A DNA stretch of 64,000 bases from an uncultured cyanobacterium (GCA_963710605.1 CAVQBA010000007.1:192001-256000), one strand, 5' to 3'; shown: positions 46,937 through 57,821, counted from the first letter of the stretch. Made by a program: numbers and translations. The notes: generated from the sequence alone by a model not told the origin.

Positions 46937-47980
46937 ATGAATAAAGCAATAATCTGTGGCTATTACGGGCAAGGTAACGCAGGTGATGAGGCTCTTTTAC
47001 TTTCTATTTTAGCTCGACTACCTCAAAGTATTCAACCTTTGGTTTTATCAGGCAATCCGACTAAAACTAGTCTTGATTATGGTGTTGTTTGTTATTCTAG
47101 AAAAGAAATTATTAAGCAAATTACAAAGTTAGGTAAAAATGATTTATTTATCTGGGGAGGAGGAAGTTTGATTCAAGATGTAACGAGTATAAACAGCCCT
47201 CTTTATTATTTATTTTTAATGTTTTTAGCTCAGTCAAAAGGATTAAAAACGATCGCACTTGCTCAGGGAATTGGACCGATTAAAACGCCGTTTGTTCGTT
47301 GGTTAACTAAAAAAGTTTTACAAAAATGCGATCGTGTTAGTGTCAGAGATAAAGCTTCTGCTAATTTACTCGCTAGTTGGCAGATAGAATATTTACTAGC
47401 CGCCGATCCTGTTTGGGCATTACCAAGTAAAATAAATGAAGATCTGAATTTGTTACCTTCACCACGTATCGCTGTTAATCTTCGCTCTCATTCTTCCTTA
47501 ACTCCAGATAGGATAAAAATTTTATCACAAGCATTAAAACAATTACAACAACAAACTCAAGCCAATATCATTTTAGTACCCTTCCAATTATCTCAAGATA
47601 AGGCAATTTGCGAAGAAGTAGCAAGCATATTATCGACTAATTGTCAAGTTATATATTTAGAAAATCCCCAAAAATTAAAAGGATTGTGGCAATATATGGA
47701 TATGACGATCGGTATGCGTCTGCATAGTGTAATCATGGCAGTAAGTGAAGGATGTAAATGTTTTGCTTTATCTTATGATCCAAAAGTAACTAATCTAATG
47801 CAAGAAGTTGGTATTTCTGGTTACGAATTATCATCTTTACCGACTAATATTGATGAGATTAGCCAAAACTGGTTAAAAATTTATCATGATAATCAAGCCA
47901 AATTATCAGATAATACGATCGAATCTTTGGCTAACGATGCTTTAAAACATCAAGATTTGATTGATTCACTGATAGAATGA
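46937..47980 (+). CDS. csaB: Polysaccharide pyruvyl transferase
   Basis: CGYYGQGNAGDEALL, WGGGSLIQD, AQGIGP, GMRLH and SYDPKV. Confidence 0.9.
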   Translation: MNKAIICGYYGQGNAGDEALLLSILARLPQSIQPLVLSGNPTKTSLDYGVVCYSRKEIIKQITKLGKNDLFIWGGGSLIQDVTSINSPLYYLFLMFLAQSKGLKTIALAQGIGPIKTPFVRWLTKKVLQKCDRVSVRDKASANLLASWQIEYLLAADPVWALPSKINEDLNLLPSPRIAVNLRSHSSLTPDRIKILSQALKQLQQQTQANIILVPFQLSQDKAICEEVASILSTNCQVIYLENPQKLKGLWQYMDMTIGMRLHSVIMAVSEGCKCFALSYDPKVTNLMQEVGISGYELSSLPTNIDEISQNWLKIYHDNQAKLSDNTIESLANDALKHQDLIDSLIE

Positions 47981-48066
47981 ATGATTTGTGTTGTTTTTAG
48001 CTAAACAGATTATTTCAAGATAAAACCGTATTTGTTAACCGCCAAAATTAATTTCTCATAAAAAAA

Positions 48067-48774
48067 ATGAAAACTTTTTCTGTTCTTGATTTACCACTTC
48101 ATTTAAGTAATAATTATGAAGATTGGATTATCGATCGTTTAGATAAAAAAATATCTACCCATATTGTTACCATGAATTCGGAGATGGTAATGATGGCACA
48201 AAAAAACGCTGATTTAGCCGAGCAAATAAAAAAAGCCGATTTAGTCGTTCCAGATGGTTCTGGCATTGTATTATATCTTAAGCGTAAAGGAGAAAAACAA
48301 GACAGAGTAGCAGGAATTGAGTTATCTTCTTCTTTAATTGAAAAGTTAGGTAATAAAGGCGAAGATTATCCGATTTGCTTTTATGGTGGTGCACCTGGTG
48401 TGAGCGAGAAAGCCGCCGAGTATTGGCAAGAAAAAATACCTAACATTAATATTATTTATAATCATGGTTATCTATCTGGTGAAGAGTTAGATGCTTGGTG
48501 CGATTGTATTCAACAAATAAAACCAAAATTAATTTTAGTTGGTTTAGGAGTACCACGCCAAGAAATTTGGATTAGTAACCATCGTTATCTAGCCCCAGAT
48601 TCAGTTTGGGTAGGAGTAGGAGGTAGTTTTGATATTTGGGGTGGAGTCAAAACAAGAGCCCCTGATTTTTTCTGCAATAACAATTTAGAATGGTTATATA
48701 GATTATATCAAGAGCCTCATCGTTGGAAAAGAATGTTAGCTTTACCGCATTTTTTCATTAAGGCAATTCTTTGA
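48067..48774 (+). CDS. WecB/TagA/CpsF family glycosyltransferase
   Basis: VPDGSG, VGLGVPRQE, GVGGSFD and LEWLYRL..EP.RW. Confidence 0.92.
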   Translation: MKTFSVLDLPLHLSNNYEDWIIDRLDKKISTHIVTMNSEMVMMAQKNADLAEQIKKADLVVPDGSGIVLYLKRKGEKQDRVAGIELSSSLIEKLGNKGEDYPICFYGGAPGVSEKAAEYWQEKIPNINIIYNHGYLSGEELDAWCDCIQQIKPKLILVGLGVPRQEIWISNHRYLAPDSVWVGVGGSFDIWGGVKTRAPDFFCNNNLEWLYRLYQEPHRWKRMLALPHFFIKAIL

Positions 48775-48855
48775 TAATTGAGAATTTTTAATTTCTGACT
48801 TTTTACGAAATATTTGAATATACTATAATCATGAAAATAGTAAAATACTATTACA

Positions 48856-49149
48856 ATGAGAATTATTGCTCGTCGAACATTAAGAGAGTTTTGGCTTAAA
48901 CATTCTGATGCTGAACAACCATTGAAAGCATGGTTTAATGATACTTATCGTAGTAATTGGCAGACTCCCTCCGACATAAAGAGAATTTATGCCAATGCTA
49001 GTATTGTGGCGAATAATCGTGTAGTTTTTAACATCAAGGGTAATCGTTATCGCTTAGTAATTCATATTCGTTACGATATAAGTATTGGTGTAATTCGTTT
49101 TATTGGCACTCATGAAGAATACGACAAAATAGACGCTACTACTATTTAG
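48856..49149 (+). CDS. higB: Type II TA toxin, HigB family
   Basis: MRIIARRTLREFW, NRVVFNIKGNRYRL and RFIGTHEEYDKI. Confidence 0.9.
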   Translation: MRIIARRTLREFWLKHSDAEQPLKAWFNDTYRSNWQTPSDIKRIYANASIVANNRVVFNIKGNRYRLVIHIRYDISIGVIRFIGTHEEYDKIDATTI

Positions 49150-49161
49150 AGGAAAAAAGTT

Positions 49162-49467
49162 ATGAATGTTAAACCAATCAAAACAGAGACTGATTATCAA
49201 CAAGCATTGAAAAAAATAGAAACTCTTTTAGAAGTAGAAGCAAATACCCCCGAATGGGAACAATTAGACATTTTGACCACTTTAGTAGAAGCTTATGAAA
49301 CACAACATTATCCTATAGATTCTCCTAGTCAAATTGAAGCTATTTTTTACTATTTAGAAAGTAGAAATCAGGGTTTTTCTACATTTATTGATGGCTTAAA
49401 AACTAAAGGTGTTAGTGAAAAGATTATCCAAGATGTCTTAAATGACCTCAATATCTTACCCTCTTAA
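49162..49467 (+). CDS. higA: HigA-type antitoxin lacking a recognisable C-terminal HTH
   Basis: KPIKTETDYQQAL, LDILTTLVEAYE..HYPI; lies downstream of higB. Confidence 0.75.
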   Translation: MNVKPIKTETDYQQALKKIETLLEVEANTPEWEQLDILTTLVEAYETQHYPIDSPSQIEAIFYYLESRNQGFSTFIDGLKTKGVSEKIIQDVLNDLNILPS

Positions 49468-49669
49468 AAAAAGTGAGTAGAAAATAATTTTAAAAAATAG
49501 AGTTAATTTAGTTTATAAACTTTTTACCAAAAAAAAAATCATCAGTAAAACATTATGGTGACACGATCGAAAACCATTCAATATCCAGAAAGTATCGTTC
49601 TTTCTTAAATCTCGACTATACGATTGTTTATAATTTAACTAATAAATTAGTTGTTATCAATATCATCCA

Positions 49670-49870
49670 ATGTTGTCAATTAACAAAAACTATGTTTTGG
49701 ATAGTAATAAAAAACCGATAGCAGTACAAATTCCTATTACCGAATTTGAACAAATAGAAGAAATTTTAGAAAACTATGGACTTGCAAAACTAATCGAACA
49801 AGTAGAAGATGAAGAAACTCTATCCAAAGATGAAGCATTGAAATATTTAGAAGCTCTAAAAAATAAATAG
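49670..49870 (+). CDS. Probable type II antitoxin (orphan)
   Basis: Small acidic protein, YVLD..KPIAVQIPI.EFE.IEE.LE; followed by a RelE-like remnant. Confidence 0.65.
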   Translation: MLSINKNYVLDSNKKPIAVQIPITEFEQIEEILENYGLAKLIEQVEDEETLSKDEALKYLEALKNK

Positions 49871-49872
49871 CG

Positions 49873-49926
49873 ATTATTTTTCAAACAGTTGCACATCTTA
49901 GAGAAATTTACCAAGTTTTTGTTTAA
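49873..49926 (+). pseudogene. C-terminal remnant of a RelE/ParE toxin
   Basis: Reads IIFQTVAHLREIYQVFV*, like the RelE C-terminal V.HR.EIY motif; the rest of the gene is absent. Confidence 0.5.
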
Positions 49927-49971
49927 AATCAATCTTTTTCTGTAGTTTAGATGATGTAAATTACGATTTTG

Positions 49972-50511
49972 CTACCATTGTCCATGATAGGAACCACTTT
50001 CAATAGTTCCATCGGACATAGTAGTGCAATAAATGAAATTTCCATAACTACAGAGGGTGTATTTAGAAATACCAGAGCCTTTAAAGTTGGCATGAGCCAA
50101 AATGGCATTTTCAAATCCTTTAGTAATAATCGCACTCACAAAATTAGTATTCATGGCGTTCATCAAAGACAAATAAGCTCCATCGAAGTTAGTCCCTTTG
50201 CAAAAGGCTTCGAGCAAACAGACGGCATAAAGATTAGAACCTTTCAAAATCCCATCGCAAAGATTGGCACAAAACAAACAAGCCCCAGAAAGATCGGCTT
50301 CAGTCAAATTAGTTCCTTCCAAAACAACTCTTTGCAATTTAGCCCCACGAAGATTAATTCCTCGCAAATCACTACCTTCCAGACCATGGATTTCACCAGA
50401 AGCATCATAGATATTCCGTTCGTAATCCGTAATCAATTCAACTCCAGCAAAGTTTCGTTCCCCAGCTCGATACCGAGTTAGCAATTCGTGAGTAGTCATC
50501 TTCCAAACCAT
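49972..50511 (-). CDS. Pentapeptide repeat protein
   Basis: ELLTRYRAGERNF, A(D/N)LxG repeats and C-terminal TTMSDG. Confidence 0.85.
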   Translation of the reverse strand: MVWKMTTHELLTRYRAGERNFAGVELITDYERNIYDASGEIHGLEGSDLRGINLRGAKLQRVVLEGTNLTEADLSGACLFCANLCDGILKGSNLYAVCLLEAFCKGTNFDGAYLSLMNAMNTNFVSAIITKGFENAILAHANFKGSGISKYTLCSYGNFIYCTTMSDGTIESGSYHGQW

Positions 50512-50714
50512 AATGTAAATTCTCGATTAATAATCAACTTGATATTAACGTATTGATATTAACGTAATCTACATCTGGTCAACGCTTCTACCTCAAACAA
50601 ACATCGACATCAATTATTAAATAACAGATTTACCTTTTAAAGAATAATCGTAATCTAACGCTATTAGTTAATTTTATTAAAACTCTTGTTTTAATATTCA
50701 AAGGATTTATTTAC

Positions 50715-51152
50715 TTAAGGTAGATATTGTTGAACGACAGTTAAACCAGATAAACCAACGAAACAGAAAGCAAAAAATAAACCAATATTTAGATTGAGAT
50801 GGAGTTTTCTTGCCCAAGGGCGAGAAGGATGTATTTGACTAGCACTCCATGCTGATAAACCCACTAAAGTAACAACAATTAAACCTGCGGGTAAATGAAT
50901 AGAATGTCCTAAATTACCGTATTCGCCGATCGTACCGACTAAACCGATCGCTAATAAAATAGCTACTAAAACAACCATTGTAGTACCAATAATCCAATGA
51001 AAAGGACGCAACCACTGAGGACGGGGTTTTTTTTCGGTTCTCGATTTATAGAGTATCGTACCTGATATAGCGAGGATAAAGTAAGCAGTCATACTTAATC
51101 CCATTGACCAAGCCGCAATTTTCCACAACCAGAGAAAAGAAGGTAAATTCAT
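50715..51152 (-). CDS. DUF4079 family membrane protein
   Basis: MNLPSFLWLWKIAAWSMG, conserved His residues in TM helices and a VVQQYLP end. Confidence 0.75.
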   Translation of the reverse strand: MNLPSFLWLWKIAAWSMGLSMTAYFILAISGTILYKSRTEKKPRPQWLRPFHWIIGTTMVVLVAILLAIGLVGTIGEYGNLGHSIHLPAGLIVVTLVGLSAWSASQIHPSRPWARKLHLNLNIGLFFAFCFVGLSGLTVVQQYLP

Positions 51153-51398
51153 CTTATCTTGTTACTATTTTGATGTTTTTATTCAACTATTTCTCGACAA
51201 GATATAGCAGTATTTTAATTTTATCTTGAAATGTGAAACCTGTTTTGTTTCTAGCTGAGATTGGGCAGTATTAATTTAAGCTCTGATTTTTGAATAATTA
51301 TTAATTATTAATTATTAATTGACAATTAGTCCAGAGTGAAAAGAAATAGATAGAATTAAGAATAAATATTTGCCCCTGATAGACAAAAGAAAATAATT

Positions 51399-53027
51399 AT
51401 GACACAGTCTTCAGATAACAGATCAAAAAAGCAATCTTTACCCACACCTCCTTTTACTCCTACTACTAAACATCAAAATACCACTGATGTTGATGGAGAA
51501 ACCAAAATGAGTAGAACTAAATTCCCTTCATTAGATAACAGTAATGCTTCTAGTTCTGATCTAGATTCTGAATTTGATATTTTTAATCTTGATGATAGTT
51601 TTGATCTTGATCTAGAACATGATGATGATGATGATGAAACTAACATAACTACTGCCGATAAATTAATTAAGCCTTTATCAGGAGGGCAAGTAAAATCTAA
51701 TCTTGATCTTCCACCACCACCTATTTCACCTTCACGCACACCTTTAAATAAAACGGGTAATCCACCACCACTAACCCCACCACCATTAACTCCACCGAAT
51801 AGTTTGAATTCTCGTCGGACTTTAACCCCACCACCAGTAAATCCGATGGGTCGGGAAGAAACTAATGTTCGTCGTGGTTCTAAAATGGATAAAAGCACCT
51901 TACGCCCTGGTCCACAACAACAAACAAGTCGCTCTACAGCAGGAGCGATGGGGCGTTCTCCGGGGCAACCATCTTTAAAAGAATTAGTAGAATTAGCTCA
52001 CAAAGAAGGTTATTCTGATGTTCATTTGGGTGTAGGAGAATTACCAAGAATGCGCGATCGAGGTGAGATACTTACCTTGACTCAATATCCTGAGATTGAT
52101 CTTAATACTTTTATGAGTTGGTTAAGAGAGATTATACGTGAAGAGGATATTCAAAAATTCAAAAAAGAATTAGAGTATGACGGTGCAACTCAATACGATT
52201 TTGCTCGAGTCAGAATTAATGTTTTTGATACTTTAAGAGGGCCTTCTTTAGTTTTACGTTTGATTCCTTTGACAATCTTGACGATGGAACAATTACGTTT
52301 ACCTTCAGCTTTTCGGGATATTTGCGATACTCACAAAGGATTAATTTTGATTACAGGCCCTACTGGTTCTGGTAAATCGACTACCTTAGCGGCGATGATT
52401 GATCACATTAATAGTGAACAGACGAGAAATATTATTACGATCGAAGATCCCGTTGAATTTGTACATAAAAGCCGTAAATCTTTAATTAAACAAAGAGAAG
52501 TCGGTATGCATACTTTAGAATTCGATAAAGCTCTTAAAGCTTCACTCAGGGAAGATCCAGACATCATTCTTGTCGGGGAGATGCGGGATAAACAAACAGT
52601 TAATACAGCCATTAAAGCCGCTCAAACAGGTCACTTAGTTATGGGAACACTCCATACTAATAGTGCAATCAAAACTTTAGAAAGGATTTTTACTTTATAT
52701 ACCGCTGAAGAGCAAGTGGCAATTCGTAGTGCGATCGCTGAATCATTAGTTTCAATTATTGCTCAGGGTTTGTGTCGTACCACTGACGGTAAACGAGCCG
52801 CTTATCACGATATTTTAATTAACACAGAAACAGTTAAAGATTATATCATGAGTAATAAATACGAAGAAATTGGTCAGTTAATGACTGATGGTGAATTTGA
52901 TGGTATGGTCACGATGAACAAATCTTTGTTTAATCTTTATGAAGAAGGAAGAATCACCGAAGAGACTGCTTTAGAAAATTCTCCTACTCGTAATGAGATG
53001 GCAATGATGTTAAGAGGACGATTCTAA
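51399..53027 (+). CDS. pilT: Type IV pilus retraction ATPase PilT (PilT2-type with long N-terminal extension)
   Basis: SDVHL, GPTGSGKSTT, TIEDPVEF, LREDPDIILVGEMRD and TGHLVMGTLHT. Confidence 0.92.
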   Translation: MTQSSDNRSKKQSLPTPPFTPTTKHQNTTDVDGETKMSRTKFPSLDNSNASSSDLDSEFDIFNLDDSFDLDLEHDDDDDETNITTADKLIKPLSGGQVKSNLDLPPPPISPSRTPLNKTGNPPPLTPPPLTPPNSLNSRRTLTPPPVNPMGREETNVRRGSKMDKSTLRPGPQQQTSRSTAGAMGRSPGQPSLKELVELAHKEGYSDVHLGVGELPRMRDRGEILTLTQYPEIDLNTFMSWLREIIREEDIQKFKKELEYDGATQYDFARVRINVFDTLRGPSLVLRLIPLTILTMEQLRLPSAFRDICDTHKGLILITGPTGSGKSTTLAAMIDHINSEQTRNIITIEDPVEFVHKSRKSLIKQREVGMHTLEFDKALKASLREDPDIILVGEMRDKQTVNTAIKAAQTGHLVMGTLHTNSAIKTLERIFTLYTAEEQVAIRSAIAESLVSIIAQGLCRTTDGKRAAYHDILINTETVKDYIMSNKYEEIGQLMTDGEFDGMVTMNKSLFNLYEEGRITEETALENSPTRNEMAMMLRGRF

Positions 53028-53163
53028 TTAGTTAAGAGTTAAGAGTTAAAAGTTAAGAGTTAGTTTAATTATTTACTATATAGATTTAACCAGTTGATTT
53101 AGTTTTTTCTCTTGTTCTTATTTTTCTAGCTAGTAGTCGATCGTTATAGAGTACCAAAAAAAT

Positions 53164-54388
53164 ATGAAAATTTTACATTTAAGCGATATTCATTTAGGAA
53201 GTAGTTTTTCTCACGGTCAAATTAACCCCGAAACCAAGTTAAATACTCGTCTAGAAGATTTTGTTAAGAGTTTGAGTGCTTGTATCGATCGAGCTATTAA
53301 CGATTCTGTCGATTTAGTCTTGTTTGGTGGGGATGCTTTCCCTGATAGTACTCCCGCACCTTACATTCAATCAGCTTTTGCTCAGCAATTTAAACGTTTG
53401 GCTATAGCTAATATTCCCACAGTCTTATTAGTCGGGAATCATGATCAACATTCTCAAGGTAATGGTGGGGCGAGTCTTTCGATTTACCATACTTTAGCTG
53501 TACCTAACTTTGTTGTCGGTGAAAAAATTGATACTCATACTATTCCCACTGCTTCTGGTGAGATACAAGTAATTACCCTTCCTTGGATAACGGCGACGAA
53601 TTTATTAACTCGTCCTGAAACTGAAGGTTTGTCGATGGAGAATATTAATCAACTTTTGATTCACAAACTAGAACCAATTTTAGAACAACAAATTAGAAAA
53701 CTAAACCCCGAAATACCGACTATCTTGTTAGGTCATTTAATGGCGGAAAGATCTAATTTGGGGGCAGAAAGGTTCTTGGCAGTAGGAAAAGGCTTTCAAA
53801 TACCTTTATCGATGATGATTCGTCCTGAATATGATTATGTGGCTTTAGGTCATGTTCATAAACATCAAAATCTAAATAAAAATAATAATCCTCCTGTGGT
53901 TTATGCAGGAAGTATCGAACGAGTTGATTTTTCTGAGGAGAAAGAAGCAAAGGGTTATGTTTTGATTGAGATTGATGAGGAGAAAAGATGTTAAGTGGCA
54001 GTTTCATCCTTTACCAACTCGTCGTTTTCTGACTATTAAGGTTGATTTAACTAATAGTCAATTTCCTGAAGATGATTTAATTAAAGCGATCGTTTCTAAG
54101 CCGATTGAGGATGCTGTGGTTAGAGTTATTTATCATTTACGATCGGAACAATTAGACTCTATTAGTTTGAATAAAATAGGTGAAGTATTATCCAAAGCTC
54201 ACAACTATACTCTCAAAGCTGATTTTATGAGTCAACTAGCTCGTCCGAGATTACCTGAATTAGGTATTGGTAAAAGTTTAGACCCCTTAGAGGCTTTATC
54301 TACTTATCTAGAAAATAAAGATGACTTGAAAGATTTAGTACCCGAAATGTTAGAGGCGGCAGAAAATTTATTATCTTTGAGTAATTAA
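53164..54388 (+). CDS. sbcD: Exonuclease SbcCD subunit D; frameshifted in the A run at 53983-53986
   Basis: LHLSDIHLG, GGDAF, GNHD, YVALGHVH and YAGSIER. The C-terminal domain continues in the next frame. Confidence 0.9.
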
Positions 54389-54533
54389 GAAGAGAATCTC
54401 CCCCAACCCTTCTTTGAAAGAGGGGAGCTATTTTTTTAAGTGCGATCGTTATCAATAAAACTAGTACAGACAGAGAGTCGATCGGATAAAATATTAAAAT
54501 AAGACTTATAAAAATATAATTTCATTAAATAGT

Positions 54534-54770
54534 ATGGATCAAGTAATTTTATCTCAAGATATTTTTGCAGGTATTATTGAGATTGCTCACAAATTAAACT
54601 TATCGGTAAACCAAGTTTTAGAGCAAATTAATCAAGGGCAATTAACAATTATTGAGACAGAAGAGTTAGAAGATTTAATTGATTTTAGAGATGCAATTAT
54701 TGCTGAATCCGATCCTGAAAATCAAGAAACAATTTCTTGGGAAGAAGTGAAGAAAGATTTGGCATTATAA
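54534..54770 (+). CDS. Probable type II antitoxin
   Basis: Acidic 78 aa ending ETISWEEVKKDL, directly upstream of a RelE-like gene. Confidence 0.7.
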   Translation: MDQVILSQDIFAGIIEIAHKLNLSVNQVLEQINQGQLTIIETEELEDLIDFRDAIIAESDPENQETISWEEVKKDLAL

Positions 54771-54776
54771 GAATTT

Positions 54777-55038
54777 ATGACAGAGTACAAAATAGAGTTT
54801 TTAAGAAAAACAAAAAAACAACTGTCACTCATTACCTTTCAACATTCAAAAACAGATTAGCAAAAGAATTGAATCACTAAAAATCGATCCTTATCCTGCT
54901 GATATTAAGCAATTAAAAAATTGTAATGGTCTTTTTAGAATTAGAGTTGGGGACTATAGAATTATTTATAGAATCAAGAATGAAATATTAGTTATTGTGG
55001 TAATTAAAATTGGACATCGTAGTAAAGTTTATCGGTAA
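54777..55038 (+). CDS. RelE/ParE family toxin, frameshifted near 54831 (missed by the ORF track)
   Basis: MTEYKIEFLRKTKKQLSL + LPFNIQKQI...FRIRVGDYRIIYRI...IKIGHRSKVYR*; 262 nt = 3n+1. Confidence 0.85.
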
Positions 55039-55072
55039 ATAATTATTTAGTAAAAAGTTTTGTCGTCAATCT

Positions 55073-55140
55073 GTAGGTTGGGTTAAGCCTAAAAACTTAG
55101 AGATACATTCGATACATAAAACCAAAGCGAAACCCAACAC
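55073..55140 (+). repeat. GTAG-type REP-like element, copy 1
   Basis: GTAGGTTGGGTT...GAGATACATTCGATACATAA...GCGAAACCCAACAC; terminal stem GTTGGGTT/AACCCAAC. Confidence 0.85.
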
Positions 55141-55290
55141 TCAATACTAGTATGGAAAAGGTGAATCGATTTCATAACCGAGCGACAAATCATCAAAAAT
55201 TTTTTTAGAGCGAAAAATAGGATAGTTAGGACATAATATAAAAAGTTAAAAGACATCTCCATAAATTTATAATAGCGATCGTACTTAGTT

Positions 55291-55476
55291 TCAATAACAA
55301 GACTCAAGTATTACAAATATTTGACTAATAATAATAATCGCACTTGGAAATAAAATAAAAAATAGTTTTAAACTTGTTGACTCAAGATTTACTTTATTCC
55401 AAATATTTGAGCTTAATAATCCAAATATAATTAAGATTAATCCTATTAAAAATGTTAAAATGTTTTGTTTACACAT
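55291..55476 (-). CDS. Small hypothetical membrane protein, possibly continuing in 55089-55307 through a frameshift
   Basis: Hydrophobic ORF overlapping both neighbouring ORFs. Confidence 0.4.
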   Translation of the reverse strand: MCKQNILTFLIGLILIIFGLLSSNIWNKVNLESTSLKLFFILFPSAIIIISQIFVILESCY

Positions 55477-55858
55477 TGTATATATATTTAAAAAAGAACC
55501 AGTAACTAGAAAATAAAGTTATTGGTATATAGTCAAGTATGTACAAAATTTCTGTTAGGTTATTTTCACTCAATTTTCTGACAAAAACATCAATTGAGAA
55601 AGAAATAGCTCCTAGAAATCCCGCTCCAGATAACATAATAAGACTATATCTATCAAAAAAATTATGACAATAGAGAAAATAACGAAACAAAAGGATTACT
55701 ACAGTGTTATAGATAAGATTATGAAGTATTTCTGAATAGTAATGTATATTTTTACTGTTTGTTTTTATATAGTACTTTACATTTATTATCAAAAACGCAA
55801 AAATATGCCAAATTATTAGTATGATTAGTGTTTTGAATAATTCTATTTGTGTACACAT
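55469..55858 (-). CDS. Hypothetical membrane protein
   Basis: 129 aa, about 4 hydrophobic segments, very AT-rich. Confidence 0.55.
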   Translation of the reverse strand: MCTQIELFKTLIILIIWHIFAFLIINVKYYIKTNSKNIHYYSEILHNLIYNTVVILLFRYFLYCHNFFDRYSLIMLSGAGFLGAISFSIDVFVRKLSENNLTEILYILDYIPITLFSSYWFFFKYIYNV

Positions 55859-56040
55859 AAAATATCAATATTTATAAACTATAGTGATGTTACCTAGTGC
55901 ATAGGAATCATTAACTAATATAGAGGGGTCAAATTCGGTAATTGTATCGTTATCGATCGTATCATTACCACTCCAGATTTCTACAAACTCGTCATGAAGG
56001 GTAAAGTTTGCTCGTTCAAAAAAGAAAGGATAACGCTCTT

Positions 56041-56109
56041 GTAGGTTGGGTTAAAGCCCTAAAACTAGGAGATACATTCGATACATAACATGAAAGCGAA
56101 ACCCAACAC
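56041..56109 (+). repeat. GTAG-type REP-like element, copy 2
   Basis: Closely similar direct repeat of 55073-55140. Confidence 0.85.
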
Positions 56110-56367
56110 CAAACAACCTTAAAAATATAGATAAATTATAATTGACAAAAGTGCTAATTTGTGCATCAAAACAAGAGTTAAAATTTTAAGTATAAGAGAT
56201 GTCAACCACCCCTAACCCCTCCTTCAAAGGAGGGGGAATTTCATTCAACTGTTCAAAACAACTAGTTTACTGCTATAAATTAATCTTAATGATGACAATC
56301 TAGCCTCGATCGATGAATAATAGTTATGAATGAATAATCACTATTAGCAGAAAAAATATTATCATCA

Positions 56368-57821
56368 ATGACCTCGATTTTAGAGTTACACAAACTAATC
56401 CAAAGCAAACAACGATCGGCAGTAGAAATTACTCAAGAATATCTACAACGAATTGAAAAATTAGAGCCTCAATTAAAAAGTTTTTTATCTATTACTAACG
56501 AATTAGCTTTACAAACTGCTAAACAAGTTGACGAAAAAGTCAGTAAAGGAGAAGAAATTGGTTTACTAGCAGGTATCCCCATTGCAATTAAGGATAATAT
56601 GTCCACCAAGGGAATTCAAACAACTTGCGGTAGTAGAATTTTAGAAAATTTTATCCCTAGTTATGAATCTACTGTTACCGAAAAATTAATGATGCAAGGT
56701 GCTGTCATTGTCGGTAAAACTAATTTAGATGAATTTGCGATGGGTAGCTCAACGGAGAATTCGGGCTATCAAGTTACTGCAAATCCTTGGGATACATCCC
56801 GTGTACCCGGTGGCTCTTCTGGTGGCTCAGCGGCGGCTGTAGCAGGTAATGAGGCGTTAATTTCTTTAGGATCGGATACGGGTGGCTCTATTCGTCAACC
56901 TGCCTCTTTTTGTGGTGTTGTCGGTTTAAAGCCTACTTATGGTTTAGTGTCTCGTTTTGGTTTGGTGGCTTATGCTTCTTCTTTAGATCAAATTGGACCA
57001 TTTTCTCATACTGTTGAAGATGCTGCTATTTTACTACAAGCGATCGCAGGATACGACAAAAAAGATTCTACTAGTTTGAAAGTCGATATTCCTGATTATC
57101 GTCAATCTTTTACTACCGATTTAAAAGGTTTAAAAATTGGTGTAATTAAAGAGACTTTTGGTGAAGGCTTAGATGATGTGGTTGCCGATAGTATTAACCA
57201 AAGTATCAAAGAATTAGAAAAGTTAGGAGCAACCGTTACTGAAATTTCTTGCCCTCGTTTCCGTTATGGTTTACCAATTTATTACATTATTGCACCTGCC
57301 GAAGCCTCTGCTAATTTAGCTCGTTATGATGCGGTTAAATACGGTATTAGAGATGGTGAAGCCGAGAATTTGTTGGATATGTACACCAAAACTAGAGCGA
57401 AAGGTTTTGGGGCGGAAGTCAAACGTCGAATTATGTTAGGTACTTATACTTTGTCTGCTGGTTATTATGATGCTTATTATCTTAAAGCTCAAAAAGTACG
57501 TACTTTAATTAAAGCAAGACTTCGATCGAGCTTTTGCTGATGTGGATGTTTTAATTACGCCCAACTGCACCTACTACTGCATTTAAGGCAGGAGAGAAAA
57601 CAGATGATCCCCTTAGTATGTATTTATCAGATTTAATGACGATTCCTGTCAATTTAGCAGGTTTACCAGGGATGAGTCTTCCTTGCGGATTTGATGAGAA
57701 TAATTTACCGATCGGGATGCAATTGATTGGTAATGTTTTAAATGAGGAAGTGTTATTTAAAGTTGGTTATGCTTACCAACAAGTTACCGACTGGCATAAT
57801 AAAAAACCAAATCTTAGTTAA
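56368..57821 (+). CDS. gatA: Asp-tRNA(Asn)/Glu-tRNA(Gln) amidotransferase subunit A; two apparent +1 indels (57514 and 57560-57562)
   Basis: [40 protein letters not shown] and [17 protein letters not shown]. The repaired frame gives 483 aa. Confidence 0.95.

Noticed and set aside
49969..50481. 170-aa plus-strand ORF, and similar ones at 57918-58552
   Set aside because: Antisense shadows of pentapeptide-repeat genes.
57481..57620. Programmed frameshifting in gatA or sbcD
   Set aside because: No shared slippery or stimulatory signal, and gatA would need two shifts within 50 nt. Read error is simpler.
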